Program-made: the position numbers and the translations under genes | In this document: piece after piece, positions 1-9,743 of the stretch | Numbering within the stretch: position 1 is the stretch's first letter | How the letters are laid out: every line of letters starts with the position of its first letter | Notes under the pieces: model-generated | Seen by the model: only the letters and a program-made list of their open reading frames with translations | Databases searched by the model: none | What the model was told of the DNA's origin: nothing | DNA from: Prochlorococcus marinus subsp. pastoris str. CCMP1986 | Lineage (GTDB): Bacteria; Cyanobacteriota; Cyanobacteriia; PCC-6307; Cyanobiaceae | Assembly: GCF_000011465.1 (NCBI RefSeq) | Contig: NC_005072.1 | Span: 1,530,001 to 1,562,000, forward strand | Length of the DNA: 32,000 nt | Reading direction: 5' to 3'

Positions 1-227
1 TGATTTAATTCTGTATGAGCAGAGGGTGGTATTAATAAATGGAAACCAGATGCTCCTATAACAACTCCTGCTAATAGCTCTCCAACAATTGTAGGTAAAC
101 TTAGTCTGACTAATACTTCCGCTAATGCTCTAGCAGCTAAAAATATCAATAGAAATCTAATTACTCCGATGAGCGTCTCAGCAACTTCTAAATCATGTGC
201 ACTTAATTCAGCAACTAAAGGATACAT
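1..227 (-). CDS. Partial N-terminal part of a CPA2/NapA-like Na+/H+ antiporter (runs off the left window edge)
   Basis: Manual reverse-strand translation from ATG at 227: MYPLVAELSAHDLEVAETLIGVIRFLLIFLAARALAEVLVRLSLPTIVGELLAGVVIGASGFHLLIPPSAHTELN..., typical of the first helices of Kef/NapA-type antiporters. Absent from the ORF track. The exact start is uncertain because the frame stays open upstream of the ATG. Confidence 0.75.
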   Translation of the reverse strand, partial: MYPLVAELSAHDLEVAETLIGVIRFLLIFLAARALAEVLVRLSLPTIVGELLAGVVIGASGFHLLIPPSAHTELN

Positions 228-245
228 TTTAAATGCGAGAAAAAT

Positions 246-272
246 TAAACTATCTAATTGGAAGATAGTTTA
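246..272. repeat. Perfect 9-bp inverted repeat (hairpin-forming)
   Basis: TAAACTATC (246-254), TAATTGGAA loop (255-263), GATAGTTTA (264-272). On the minus strand it is followed by ATTTTTC. Confidence 0.8.
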
Positions 273-380
273 TGGAGGGCCCACTTTACCAAGTATGTAA
301 AAAAAAGCAAAAATACTCAACAAGTGTGGATCTGAAGTTACAACAAAGAATTTATAAAAAAACTGGCTAATGTCATATAT

Positions 381-2927
381 ATGTCAAATCTAATGAACTC
401 CAACGAACCCTTTGATCTACGCTTGCCTACTCCAGGCTGCTATTTAGATCCTGAGAAAGCTGGCATGGATTCTGATGCGCTCTTCAAAGGAATGACAGAG
501 CACTTATTCTTTACTCTTGGCAAATTAGCAACTTCCGCTAGTCCTCATGACTTGTATATGGCGCTGAGTTACGCGGTAAAAGATAGATTAATGACAAGAT
601 ATTTAGCCAGTCAAGAAGTAATAAGAAAAAAACCTCAAAAAACAGTCGCTTACTTATCAGCAGAATTTTTAATCGGCCCACAATTAAGTAATAATTTACT
701 AAATCTTGGCATAACAAAAGAAGCAGAAGATGCCTTAAAAAGGTTTGGAATTGAATCACTATCAACGATTCTTGAAGTTGAAGAAGAGCCAGGCCTTGGT
801 AATGGTGGTCTTGGAAGACTTGCAGCTTGTTATATGGAGTCTTTAGCTTCCTTACAAGTTCCTGCAGTTGGTTATGGTATTAGATATGAATTCGGAATAT
901 TTAACCAGTTAATACGAGATGGTTGGCAAGTTGAGGTTACTGATAAATGGCTCAAAGGTGGTTGGCCATGGGAATTACCTCAACCTGATGAATCATGTTT
1001 TGTTGGTTTTGGAGGACGAACTGAAAGTTATAGAGACGATAAAGGTAAATATCGATCAAGATGGGTTCCCTCAGAACATGCAATTGGTGTTCCTCATGAT
1101 GTTCCAGTATTAGGCTACAGAGTAAATACCTGTGACAGATTAAGATTATGGAGAGCTGATGCAACAGAGAGTTTTGATTTTTATGCTTTCAATATTGGTG
1201 ATTATTATGGTGCGGTAGAAGAAAAAGTTGCCTCTGAAACTCTATCTAAAGTCCTTTATCCAAATGATGGAACTGATGAAGGGAGAAGATTAAGGCTCAA
1301 ACAACAACACTTCTTTGTCAGTTGTTCTCTCCAAGATATGTTGAGAAGTCTGGAAAAAAGATCTATCCCAGTAACAGAATTTGCAAATCATTGGACTGTT
1401 CAATTAAATGATACTCATCCAGCAATTGCTGTTGCCGAGTTAATGCGTCTGTTAATTGATCAGTATCAAATAGGTTGGGACAAAGCATGGAATATAACTA
1501 CTTCATCAGTAGCATATACAAACCATACATTGCTTCCTGAAGCATTGGAGAAATGGGATTTAAGTCTATTTAGTGATTTACTTCCCCGTCATTTAGAAAT
1601 TATTTATGAAATAAATTGGAGGTTCTTACAACAATTAAGACTTCGTTACCCAGGTGATGACAAGATTCTTCAAAAGCTTTCTATTATTGATGAAGAAGGT
1701 TCCAAGTCAGTGAGAATGGCACATTTAGCTACTATCGGAGCTCATCATATTAATGGTGTTGCTGCACTTCACTCTGACCTAATAAAAAGACAACTTCTCC
1801 CAGAGTTTGCAGAACTATGGCCTGAAAAATTTACTAATGTAACTAACGGAGTAACTCCTAGAAGATGGGTTGCATTAGCAAATCCATCTTTATCTAATTT
1901 GTTAGAAAAAGAAGTTGGTCCAGATTGGATTACGAATATGGAACTACTTAAAAAATTAGAAAATAAGAAAGATGATGCAAATTTTCTTCAAGAATTTGAG
2001 GAAACTAAATTGCGTGGAAAACGAAAGCTAGCAAGTTTTATTCATACAAAAACAGGAATACTTGTTGATCCATCAAGTCTTTTTGACGTCCAAGTTAAAA
2101 GGATCCATCAATATAAAAGACAACATTTAAACGCTCTGCAAATTATTGCTCAGTATCTAAGAATCAAAAATGGTACAAGTAACTATAAAGCTCCGAGGAC
2201 AGTTATTTTTGGAGGAAAGGCTGCTCCAGGTTACTTTATGGCTAAATTAATTATCAGGTTTATTAATGGCATCGCTGATGTAGTTAATTCAGATCCTGAT
2301 ATGGAAGGACTTTTAAGAGTAGTTTTCTTACCTGACTATAATGTCAAACTTGGTGAAATAGTTTATCCAGCAACAGACCTTTCTGAGCAAATTTCAACTG
2401 CTGGTAAAGAAGCATCAGGAACAGGAAATATGAAATTTGCAATGAATGGAGCTTTAACTATAGGAACTCTTGACGGAGCAAATGTAGAGTTAAGAGATCT
2501 TGTTAAAAAAGAAAATTTCTTCCTTTTCGGAAAGACTGAAAGTGAAATAATGCATTTAAAAAATAATAGTTATTCTCCCAAGACTTTCATTGAAAAATGT
2601 CCTGAGTTACAAGAAGTAATTCGTTTAATCGAAATTGGCCATTTTAGTAATGGAGATAAAGAATTATTCAAACCTTTATTAAATAGTTTGACTGGAAATG
2701 ATCCATTTTTCGTAATGGCTGATTTCGAAGACTATTTAAACAAGCAAGATGAAGTAAGTAACTTCTGGAATAATAAAAAAGCGTGGAATAAAATGGCTCT
2801 ACTAAATACTGCAAGATCAGGATATTTTTCTTCAGACAGATCTATAAGAGAATATTGCGAATCGATTTGGAAAGTTTCACCTATGCCAGTAGAAATTACA
2901 TGTGATATTGAAGAAATAACTACTTAA
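381..2927 (+). CDS. glgP: Glycogen/starch/alpha-glucan phosphorylase
   Basis: 848 aa ORF with phosphorylase motifs (EEEPGLGNGGLGRLAACY, QLNDTHPAIAV, VKRIHQYKRQHLN, GTGNMKFAMNGALTIGTLDGANVE). Confidence 0.98.
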   Translation: MSNLMNSNEPFDLRLPTPGCYLDPEKAGMDSDALFKGMTEHLFFTLGKLATSASPHDLYMALSYAVKDRLMTRYLASQEVIRKKPQKTVAYLSAEFLIGPQLSNNLLNLGITKEAEDALKRFGIESLSTILEVEEEPGLGNGGLGRLAACYMESLASLQVPAVGYGIRYEFGIFNQLIRDGWQVEVTDKWLKGGWPWELPQPDESCFVGFGGRTESYRDDKGKYRSRWVPSEHAIGVPHDVPVLGYRVNTCDRLRLWRADATESFDFYAFNIGDYYGAVEEKVASETLSKVLYPNDGTDEGRRLRLKQQHFFVSCSLQDMLRSLEKRSIPVTEFANHWTVQLNDTHPAIAVAELMRLLIDQYQIGWDKAWNITTSSVAYTNHTLLPEALEKWDLSLFSDLLPRHLEIIYEINWRFLQQLRLRYPGDDKILQKLSIIDEEGSKSVRMAHLATIGAHHINGVAALHSDLIKRQLLPEFAELWPEKFTNVTNGVTPRRWVALANPSLSNLLEKEVGPDWITNMELLKKLENKKDDANFLQEFEETKLRGKRKLASFIHTKTGILVDPSSLFDVQVKRIHQYKRQHLNALQIIAQYLRIKNGTSNYKAPRTVIFGGKAAPGYFMAKLIIRFINGIADVVNSDPDMEGLLRVVFLPDYNVKLGEIVYPATDLSEQISTAGKEASGTGNMKFAMNGALTIGTLDGANVELRDLVKKENFFLFGKTESEIMHLKNNSYSPKTFIEKCPELQEVIRLIEIGHFSNGDKELFKPLLNSLTGNDPFFVMADFEDYLNKQDEVSNFWNNKKAWNKMALLNTARSGYFSSDRSIREYCESIWKVSPMPVEITCDIEEITT

Positions 2928-3037
2928 AGTTATTCTTATAAGGTAAACTTGGTATTTGAATAAATAATCAATTCAATATTAATTTATCAATATTTAGTAG
3001 ATCAGGAGCAAATTTTTGAAATTTATTTAAATTCTAG

Positions 3038-3406
3038 TCACACATTTTTAGCAACTTTAATATCAAAAATTTTCTCCATTAAAGCTTCAATAGAGTATGA
3101 ATAAGCATTTACATTTTCAAGTTCTTCTATTGCATCTATAAATTCTATATCAGAAATATGTTTATTATTTTCAAAAGATTTATTATAAAAATCCTTATCA
3201 GATAATTGATTATATAATATTTCTATACCTTTGCTGCAAAGAGTAATAGAAGAATGGATAGAAGCCCAGTTAAATTATTGTTGTTGTTTAAATGTAGGAA
3301 ATTCTCGAATAAAAGATAATGTACTTTGATAAAATTTCTGATAATCAGGGGATTGACATAGTTCTTCTTTCAAAAGAATAAATAACTCTAATTCATATCA
3401 ATGCAT
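3038..3406 (-). pseudogene. Disrupted small gene of unknown function, about 121 codons, with two in-frame stops
   Basis: Manual translation from ATG at 3406: MH*YELELFILLKEELCQSPDYQKFYQSTLSFIREFPTFKQQQ*FNWASIHSSITLCSKGIEILYNQLSDKDFYNKSFENNKHISDIEFIDAIEELENVNAYSYSIEALMEKIFDIKVAKNV*. Protein-like composition continues in one frame across a TGA (3398-3400) and a TAA (3275-3277). The ATG overlaps the stop of the upstream gene (TAATG). Confidence 0.55.
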
Positions 3407-3738
3407 TATTTAGGCACAATTGTAGGCCCATCAAATAATTCGTCATTTTCATCGAGAGAGTCTGGACTATCAGGTAAAGGAATTTCAATACTAGTCACCA
3501 AATTAATAACATCTCTTAATCTCATTGAATCTGCAAACCATCCCATTGCTTGTTCAGCATCTCCTCTCTTTTCAGCATCATTTGCTTGATCTTCATGAGC
3601 TTCTGCTAATAAAGAAAGCCAACAAAGGCATCTTGCTTGAACTATTGACAGATCTAGATCATTAGGTTGAGATTTAGAAATACGCTCATGCTCTTGCTGA
3701 ATTAAGAGTTTTAAACGCATATCGTGCAGCTTAGCCAT
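3406..3738 (-). CDS. Small conserved-looking cyanobacterial hypothetical protein (110 aa)
   Basis: ORF MAKLHDMRLKLLIQQEHERISKSQPNDLDLSIVQARCLCWLSLLAEAHEDQANDAEKRGD...; dense coding context on this strand; function not identifiable. Confidence 0.75.
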   Translation of the reverse strand: MAKLHDMRLKLLIQQEHERISKSQPNDLDLSIVQARCLCWLSLLAEAHEDQANDAEKRGDAEQAMGWFADSMRLRDVINLVTSIEIPLPDSPDSLDENDELFDGPTIVPK

Positions 3739-3818
3739 AAAAGCTTAATTACTAATTACACGCTAGCTAGAGAGTGGTAAATATGCACGCATACTACATA
3801 TAGTTTATCAACTGAAAC

Positions 3819-3891
<73 letters not shown>

Positions 3892-3930
3892 AAGAGATGT
3901 TTTTTGGGTAAATAAGCATTATGCTAAATG

Positions 3931-4304
3931 AAAGCAGGAGAGGCAATCGCAAAAATGTTTTATTTTGTTTTGAAAATAAATCTTTTTGAGGAAAGTCCGG
4001 GCTCCCATATGGTCAGGCTTGCTGGGTAATTCCCAGTGCGGGTAACCGTGAGGATAGTGCCACAGAAACATACCGCCTAATACTTTATGTATGGCAAGGG
4101 TGCAAGGGTGCGGTAAGAGCGCACCAGCAACATTGAGAAGTGTTGGCTAGGTAAACCCCGGCTGGGTGCAAGGCTAAGTAGATTTATGACCATTAAAAAA
4201 TCTACTTTTAAGCGCCGCTTGAGGCTGTGAAGTAATTCCAGTCCTAGATAGATGATTGCCCATCTTATTAAGATGAACAGAACCCGGCTTATGACCTGCT
4301 TTCT
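3931..4304 (+). ncRNA. rnpB: RNase P RNA (bacterial class A)
   Basis: Terminal pairing AAAGCAGG...CCTGCTTT. Conserved blocks GAGGAAAGTCCGGGCTCC, GTGCCACAGAAACATACCGCC, GGTAAACCCCGGCTGGGTGCAAGGC and AGATAGATGATTGCC...ACAGAACCCGGCTTATG. Confidence 0.96.
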
Positions 4305-4328
4305 ACTTAATGAAAAAACTTAATTTAT

Positions 4329-5078
4329 ATGGACACCTTAATTGATGACAAAAGACTTGAACAAATTATTAAGTTTTTAAATTCGCTTGAAATAAACTCA
4401 AAAAGATTTATCAAAATTATCAACGAAAAAGATAAATTAATACTTCATACTTTCAATGAAGCATTAACACATTCCTCCGCAAACAATATAGTTAATTATG
4501 AAAAATTGGAATTCTTTGGGGATGCTGTTCTCAGATTATCAGCATCAGATTTTATTGAGAGAACATATAAAAGCATGAGTGTAGGTTCTAGATCAGAACT
4601 AAGATCTCAAATAGTAAGTGATGAATGGTTAACTGAATTAGGTAAAAAAATATTTATAGAAAAAGTAATAATAAAAGGACCAAAAGCAATGGGTGATGAG
4701 AATTCAAAAGATACCATAATTGCTGAAACTAGTGAAGCATTAATAGGCGCAATATATAAGTGTTTTAATTCAATAAATGAAGTCAATATTTGGTTAGATA
4801 ATTTCTGGAAAAAAGATGCCGAATTATATTTACAAGCACCACATAAATATAATGCCAAGTCAGCTTTACAAGAATGGTGTCAAAGCCAAGGATTTGATTT
4901 ACCTATTTATAAAATATATGAAGTATCAAAAAATCACGGAGACCCGAAAAGATTCTCTTGTGAAATATACATAAATGGATCTAAAAAAGCTTTCAGCTTT
5001 GGGCATTCTCATAAAAAAGCTGAAAAAAATGCTGCAAGTATTCTGATACAAAAGATTTTCCAGAAAAAGAAAAATTAA
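4329..5078 (+). CDS. rnc: Ribonuclease III
   Basis: 249 aa. RNase III signature EKLEFFGDAVLRLSASDFI, then AEALIGAIY-like segment (SEALIGAIYKCF) and a C-terminal dsRBD (NAKSALQEWCQSQG...KKAEKNAASILIQK). Confidence 0.95.
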   Translation: MDTLIDDKRLEQIIKFLNSLEINSKRFIKIINEKDKLILHTFNEALTHSSANNIVNYEKLEFFGDAVLRLSASDFIERTYKSMSVGSRSELRSQIVSDEWLTELGKKIFIEKVIIKGPKAMGDENSKDTIIAETSEALIGAIYKCFNSINEVNIWLDNFWKKDAELYLQAPHKYNAKSALQEWCQSQGFDLPIYKIYEVSKNHGDPKRFSCEIYINGSKKAFSFGHSHKKAEKNAASILIQKIFQKKKN

Positions 5079-5082
5079 TTAT

Positions 5083-5268
5083 TCAAACAAGTTCCAAATT
5101 ATTTAATTGAAATGTTACTAACTTATCCCAATTACCTCCCTCAAAAAGAACAGCTGCCGTTTTATTAGTTACTCTTTGTACAAATCCTTTATAACCTCTA
5201 TAAATAGAATTAACATCTTTAACAACTACTATAGAACCGGGGAGTATTGGTTTATTCGAAAATTCCAT
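5083..5268 (-). CDS. ndhS: NdhS-like SH3-fold subunit of the cyanobacterial NDH-1 complex (61 aa)
   Basis: Sequence GSIVVVKDVNSIYRGYKGFVQRVTNKTAAVLFEGGNWDKLVTFQLNNLELV matches my recollection of the small cyanobacterial NdhS family; needs profile confirmation. Confidence 0.7.
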   Translation of the reverse strand: MEFSNKPILPGSIVVVKDVNSIYRGYKGFVQRVTNKTAAVLFEGGNWDKLVTFQLNNLELV

Positions 5269-5290
5269 AGAAATAAATTACATATAAACT

Positions 5291-5830
5291 ATGATAAATC
5301 ATAATGAGTGGTTAATTGTTGGCTTAATAACATCTCCTCAAGGCATTAATGGAAAAATCAAGATTAAGTCTCTAAGTGATTTTGAAGAAAGATTTACGAA
5401 GCCTGGTAAAAGATGGATACAAAAAGGCAACGAGACTCCTATAGAATTCGAGCTTACGCATGGTTTTAAAAAACCAGGTAAAGAATCATTCATAATTACA
5501 TTTAAAGGGATAAATAATAGAACTCAAGCAGAAAATTTAAAGGGACAAAAAATCCTCGTGAAAGTTGATGCAATTCCAAAATTGAGTCATGGAGAATATC
5601 ACTTAACCGAACTAATAAATTTAAATGTCAAAATTTCAGAAAATAACCAATTACACATAATTGGAAAAGTTATTAACTTATCTAACGAGAAAAATAATTT
5701 ACTTGTAATTCAACTTTTGAAAAATAATAAAGAGGTTCTTATACCATTTGTTAAAGAAATAGTTCCAATAGTAGATATTAAAAAAAATTTTATATTACTT
5801 ACTCCTCCTTCAGGTCTGTTAGAGTTATAA
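5291..5830 (+). CDS. rimM: 16S rRNA processing protein RimM
   Basis: N-terminal [26 protein letters not shown] and C-terminal [29 protein letters not shown] are typical of RimM. Confidence 0.93.
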   Translation: MINHNEWLIVGLITSPQGINGKIKIKSLSDFEERFTKPGKRWIQKGNETPIEFELTHGFKKPGKESFIITFKGINNRTQAENLKGQKILVKVDAIPKLSHGEYHLTELINLNVKISENNQLHIIGKVINLSNEKNNLLVIQLLKNNKEVLIPFVKEIVPIVDIKKNFILLTPPSGLLEL

Positions 5831-5850
5831 ACTTCCCTTTTTTTAAATGT

Positions 5851-7746
5851 TTACTCTACTGTTACGCTTTTAGCTAGATTCCTTGGTTGATCAACATCAA
5901 GTCCTCTATGAGAAGCAATGTGATAACTCAATAATTGAAGAGGAACAATCGCAAGAAGAGGTGAAATCCATTCATTTGTTGAAGGTATGGTCATTAAATA
6001 ATCAAATATTTCAGTCCCATTACATTGAGGGGCAACACCAATTAAATAAGCATCTCTCGCTTTTGCTTCTTGAGCATTACTAATTACCTTATCAAAGACT
6101 TGCCCTGGAGTAGCTATTGAAATTACAGGTACTTTTTTATCAAGTAAAGCTATTGGCCCATGCTTCATTTCCCCAGCAGGATAACCTGCAGCATTAATAT
6201 AACTAATTTCCTTCAACTTCAGAGCTCCCTCAAGAGCAATGGGATAATTTATTCCTCTTCCTAAAAAAATAACATCTTTAATATTAAAAAAATCATGTGC
6301 AAGTTTTTCAGAAGATTCATTATGTTTTTCCAAAAGTTCTTCAACTAATCCAGGTAATTTAGTTAATTCTAAAACTAATTGATTAATATTTTCATTACTT
6401 TGACTTCCTTTAATTTGAGCGAATTTTATAGCTAATCCATAAAAAGAAAGAAGTTGCGCAAAGAAAGTTTTTGTAGCAGCAACACCAATTTCAATTCCAG
6501 CACTAATATCAATAATATTTGGTATTTGTCTACCAATTGAGCTTTCCACTCTGTTCGTAATAGCAATTAAATTTGGTTTAAAGCTTCTATCTCCTATTGA
6601 AGATCTCCTCTTAATTTCCATACTTATAGCCGCAATAGTATCGGCAGTTTCACCTGACTGAGTCACTCCTATTGTTAAGGTATTACAGAGTAATGGTGGT
6701 GGGGAGTATCTAAACTCACTCGCAAAAAAAACATTTGTTGGTATGCCTGAGAATTGTTCTAATAAAAATTTACCCACCATTGCAGAATGCTTACTCGTAC
6801 CACAAGCAACAATATCTATTCTTTCAATAGAGTTTAAAAAATCTGTATCAAAGGAGTAATTAATTTGAAATTGATCAGTCTTTAAATCTTTAATTAAATA
6901 TTTTTCTAGCCAATATTTAGCTATATCAGGCTGGTCATAGATTTCCTTTAACATATAGTGTTTAAAATTTTTTTTATCACTTACTTGGTCTGCAGTTTGT
7001 AGAGAAATTGGATTTCGATATTGTCTCTCGTTATTAGAATCATAAATTTCTATTCCTAAAGGAGTCAAAAGAGCTATTTCCTCATCCTCCAAAGGTAAAA
7101 TAATTTTTGTAAAATCCGCTATTGCTGGCGTATCACTTGCACAAATAAATTCTCCTTCCCCTAATCCAATTATTAAAGGTGCCTGCTTCCTAGCAACAAC
7201 TAATGCTTCAGGTGCACCTGACCATAATACTGCTAATGCATATGATCCTTCTAAATCGGAGATTACGTTTCTTAATGCTACTAATAAAGTTGAACCGTTA
7301 CTTTCAAGCTTTAATTGCCTTAAAGCCAATAATTCTTTTTGTATTAAGTGTGGTATGACTTCTGTATCAGTATCAGAATTAAACACAATTCCTTCTTTTT
7401 GTAATTTAATTTTTAATTCCTGATAATTTTCAATAATCCCATTTTGGACAACTGCGACCTCTCCTGAACTATCAATATGGGGATGTGCATTTTTAACCTC
7501 TGGTTTTCCGTGAGTAGCCCAACGTGTATGACCTATTCCCACAGTGCCAGGTATTTCGATATTTTTTAAGTTATTTTTTAAATTTTTAAGTTTTCCTTCC
7601 GCTTTATTACAAGATACATTCTTTGTTTCAGAGTTAATTATGGCAATACCTGCTGAATCATACCCTCTGTATTCAAGTTTTTCTAATCCATTAATAAGTA
7701 ATGGTAATGCTTTTTTATAACCGGTAACAGCAACAATTCCGCACAT
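5851..7746 (-). CDS. glmS: Glutamine--fructose-6-phosphate aminotransferase (isomerizing)
   Basis: Mature-type start MCGIVAVTGYKKALPLLINGLEKLEYRGYDSAG begins at residue 7 of the listed ORF (5851..7764), since Cys2 must be near-N-terminal. SIS domains present; C-terminus DVDQPRNLAKSVTVE. Confidence 0.96.
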   Translation of the reverse strand: MCGIVAVTGYKKALPLLINGLEKLEYRGYDSAGIAIINSETKNVSCNKAEGKLKNLKNNLKNIEIPGTVGIGHTRWATHGKPEVKNAHPHIDSSGEVAVVQNGIIENYQELKIKLQKEGIVFNSDTDTEVIPHLIQKELLALRQLKLESNGSTLLVALRNVISDLEGSYALAVLWSGAPEALVVARKQAPLIIGLGEGEFICASDTPAIADFTKIILPLEDEEIALLTPLGIEIYDSNNERQYRNPISLQTADQVSDKKNFKHYMLKEIYDQPDIAKYWLEKYLIKDLKTDQFQINYSFDTDFLNSIERIDIVACGTSKHSAMVGKFLLEQFSGIPTNVFFASEFRYSPPPLLCNTLTIGVTQSGETADTIAAISMEIKRRSSIGDRSFKPNLIAITNRVESSIGRQIPNIIDISAGIEIGVAATKTFFAQLLSFYGLAIKFAQIKGSQSNENINQLVLELTKLPGLVEELLEKHNESSEKLAHDFFNIKDVIFLGRGINYPIALEGALKLKEISYINAAGYPAGEMKHGPIALLDKKVPVISIATPGQVFDKVISNAQEAKARDAYLIGVAPQCNGTEIFDYLMTIPSTNEWISPLLAIVPLQLLSYHIASHRGLDVDQPRNLAKSVTVE

Positions 7747-7827
7747 ATAAATAATTTTCTTCAATTATATTGAATAAAATTAAGTATTTAATAAGACATG
7801 GACTCTCTTCCAACTGCACTATAAAAA

Positions 7828-8127
<300 letters not shown>

Positions 8128-8207
8128 TTAAAAAAATTAAGATATGCTTCACTCTTGTTAACTCTAGGGCATAAAATCAAGTAGATAATTAGTAAATTCC
8201 ATAAACT

Positions 8208-8450
8208 ATGTCACAAGAAGAAATCCTTCAAAAAGTATGCTCTATTGTTTCTGAGCAACTAAGTGTTGAATCAGCCGAAGTAAAATCTGATTCAAACTTT
8301 CAAAATGATTTAGGTGCAGACTCCCTAGACACCGTAGAGCTAGTTATGGCTCTTGAAGAAGCATTTGATATCGAGATACCTGATGAAGCAGCTGAAGGTA
8401 TCGCAACAGTAGGAGATGCTGTTAAATTCATCGAAGAAAAAAAAGGTTAA
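8208..8450 (+). CDS. acpP: Acyl carrier protein
   Basis: 80 aa with the phosphopantetheine site [16 protein letters not shown]. Confidence 0.98.
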   Translation: MSQEEILQKVCSIVSEQLSVESAEVKSDSNFQNDLGADSLDTVELVMALEEAFDIEIPDEAAEGIATVGDAVKFIEEKKG

Positions 8451-8456
8451 TTTAGA

Positions 8457-9701
8457 ATGCCAAATTTCCATCGAGTAGTTATTACCGGTATAGGGGCAGT
8501 AACCCCAATTGGTAACAACATTGATGAATATTTACTCGGCCTACAAAAGGGGTCAAATGGAGTTTCAGATATTACTCTCTTTAATCCTGAACAACATCCC
8601 TGCAAGTTTGCAGCAGAAGTTAAAAATCTTCAATCCGAAAATTTTATTGAACCTAAAGAATCTAAAAGATGGGATCGATTTTCACAATTTGGAGTAATAG
8701 CTGCAAAGCAAGCTTTCAATGATTCTGGACTTGAAATAACTGAAGACAATGAATCAAGAATTGGAGTAATAATTGGCTCTGGTGTTGGAGGCTTACTTAC
8801 AATGGAAAGTCAAGCTCAAATATTGAGTCATAAAGGCCCAAAAAGAGTAAGCCCCTTTACAGTTCCAATGATGATACCCAACATGGCGACAGGGCTTGCT
8901 GCTATTGCGTTAGGAGCAAAAGGTCCAAGCTCTGCTGTATCTACCGCCTGTGCTGCTGGATCAAATGCTATTGGAGACTCTTTTAGATTGTTACAGCTGG
9001 GGAAAGCAGATGCGATGATTTGCGGAGGGGCAGAGGCAAGTATAACTCCTCTTGGAGTAGCAGGTTTTGCAAGCGCTAAAGCACTCTCTTTTAGAAATGA
9101 CAGTCCTCAAACTGCAAGTAGACCTTTTGATGCTGAGAGGGATGGATTTGTGATTGGAGAAGGATCTGGGATTCTTGTTCTAGAAACTTTTGAAAGTGCA
9201 AAAAAAAGAGGCGCAAAAATTTATGCTGAAATTATTGGTTATGGGTCAACTTGTGATGCTCATCACATTACTTCGCCTTCTCCAGGGGGAACTGGAGGGG
9301 CAGAAGCAATCAAGCTAGCCATTGATGATAGTTCAATTAACCTTGATCAGGTTGATTACATAAATGCTCATGGAACTAGCACTACAGCAAATGACAAAAA
9401 TGAAACTTCTGCAATTAAATCCATATTTAAAGACAGATCTTACCTCATTCCTGTAAGCTCTACTAAGTCGATGACTGGTCATCTCTTAGGGGGTTCAGGA
9501 GGTATAGAAGCTGTAGCTTGTATTCTTTCTTTGACACATAATTTTGTCCCTCCTACAATAAACTACGTCAATCCTGATCCAGACTGCGATCTTGATTATG
9601 TACCAAATAATGCTAGAGATGCTCAAATAAGAGTTGCTCTTTCTAATTCATTCGGCTTTGGTGGTCACAACGTTTGTCTAGCATTTAGCAAACTTGATTG
9701 A
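8457..9701 (+). CDS. fabF: 3-oxoacyl-[ACP] synthase II
   Basis: 414 aa KAS II: VVITGIGAVTPIGN, STACAAGSNAIGDSFRLL, NAHGTSTTANDKNET, SNSFGFGGHNVCLAFSK. Confidence 0.97.
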   Translation: MPNFHRVVITGIGAVTPIGNNIDEYLLGLQKGSNGVSDITLFNPEQHPCKFAAEVKNLQSENFIEPKESKRWDRFSQFGVIAAKQAFNDSGLEITEDNESRIGVIIGSGVGGLLTMESQAQILSHKGPKRVSPFTVPMMIPNMATGLAAIALGAKGPSSAVSTACAAGSNAIGDSFRLLQLGKADAMICGGAEASITPLGVAGFASAKALSFRNDSPQTASRPFDAERDGFVIGEGSGILVLETFESAKKRGAKIYAEIIGYGSTCDAHHITSPSPGGTGGAEAIKLAIDDSSINLDQVDYINAHGTSTTANDKNETSAIKSIFKDRSYLIPVSSTKSMTGHLLGGSGGIEAVACILSLTHNFVPPTINYVNPDPDCDLDYVPNNARDAQIRVALSNSFGFGGHNVCLAFSKLD

Positions 9702-9743
9702 TGAAAACCAACTCTGTATTCCAAAATTACCTTACTTAAAACA

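Noticed and set aside
3401-3589. 62-aa plus-strand ORF overlapping the 110-aa minus-strand gene
   Set aside because: Opposite-strand shadow with low-complexity Ser/Asn content; the minus-strand gene is the better candidate.
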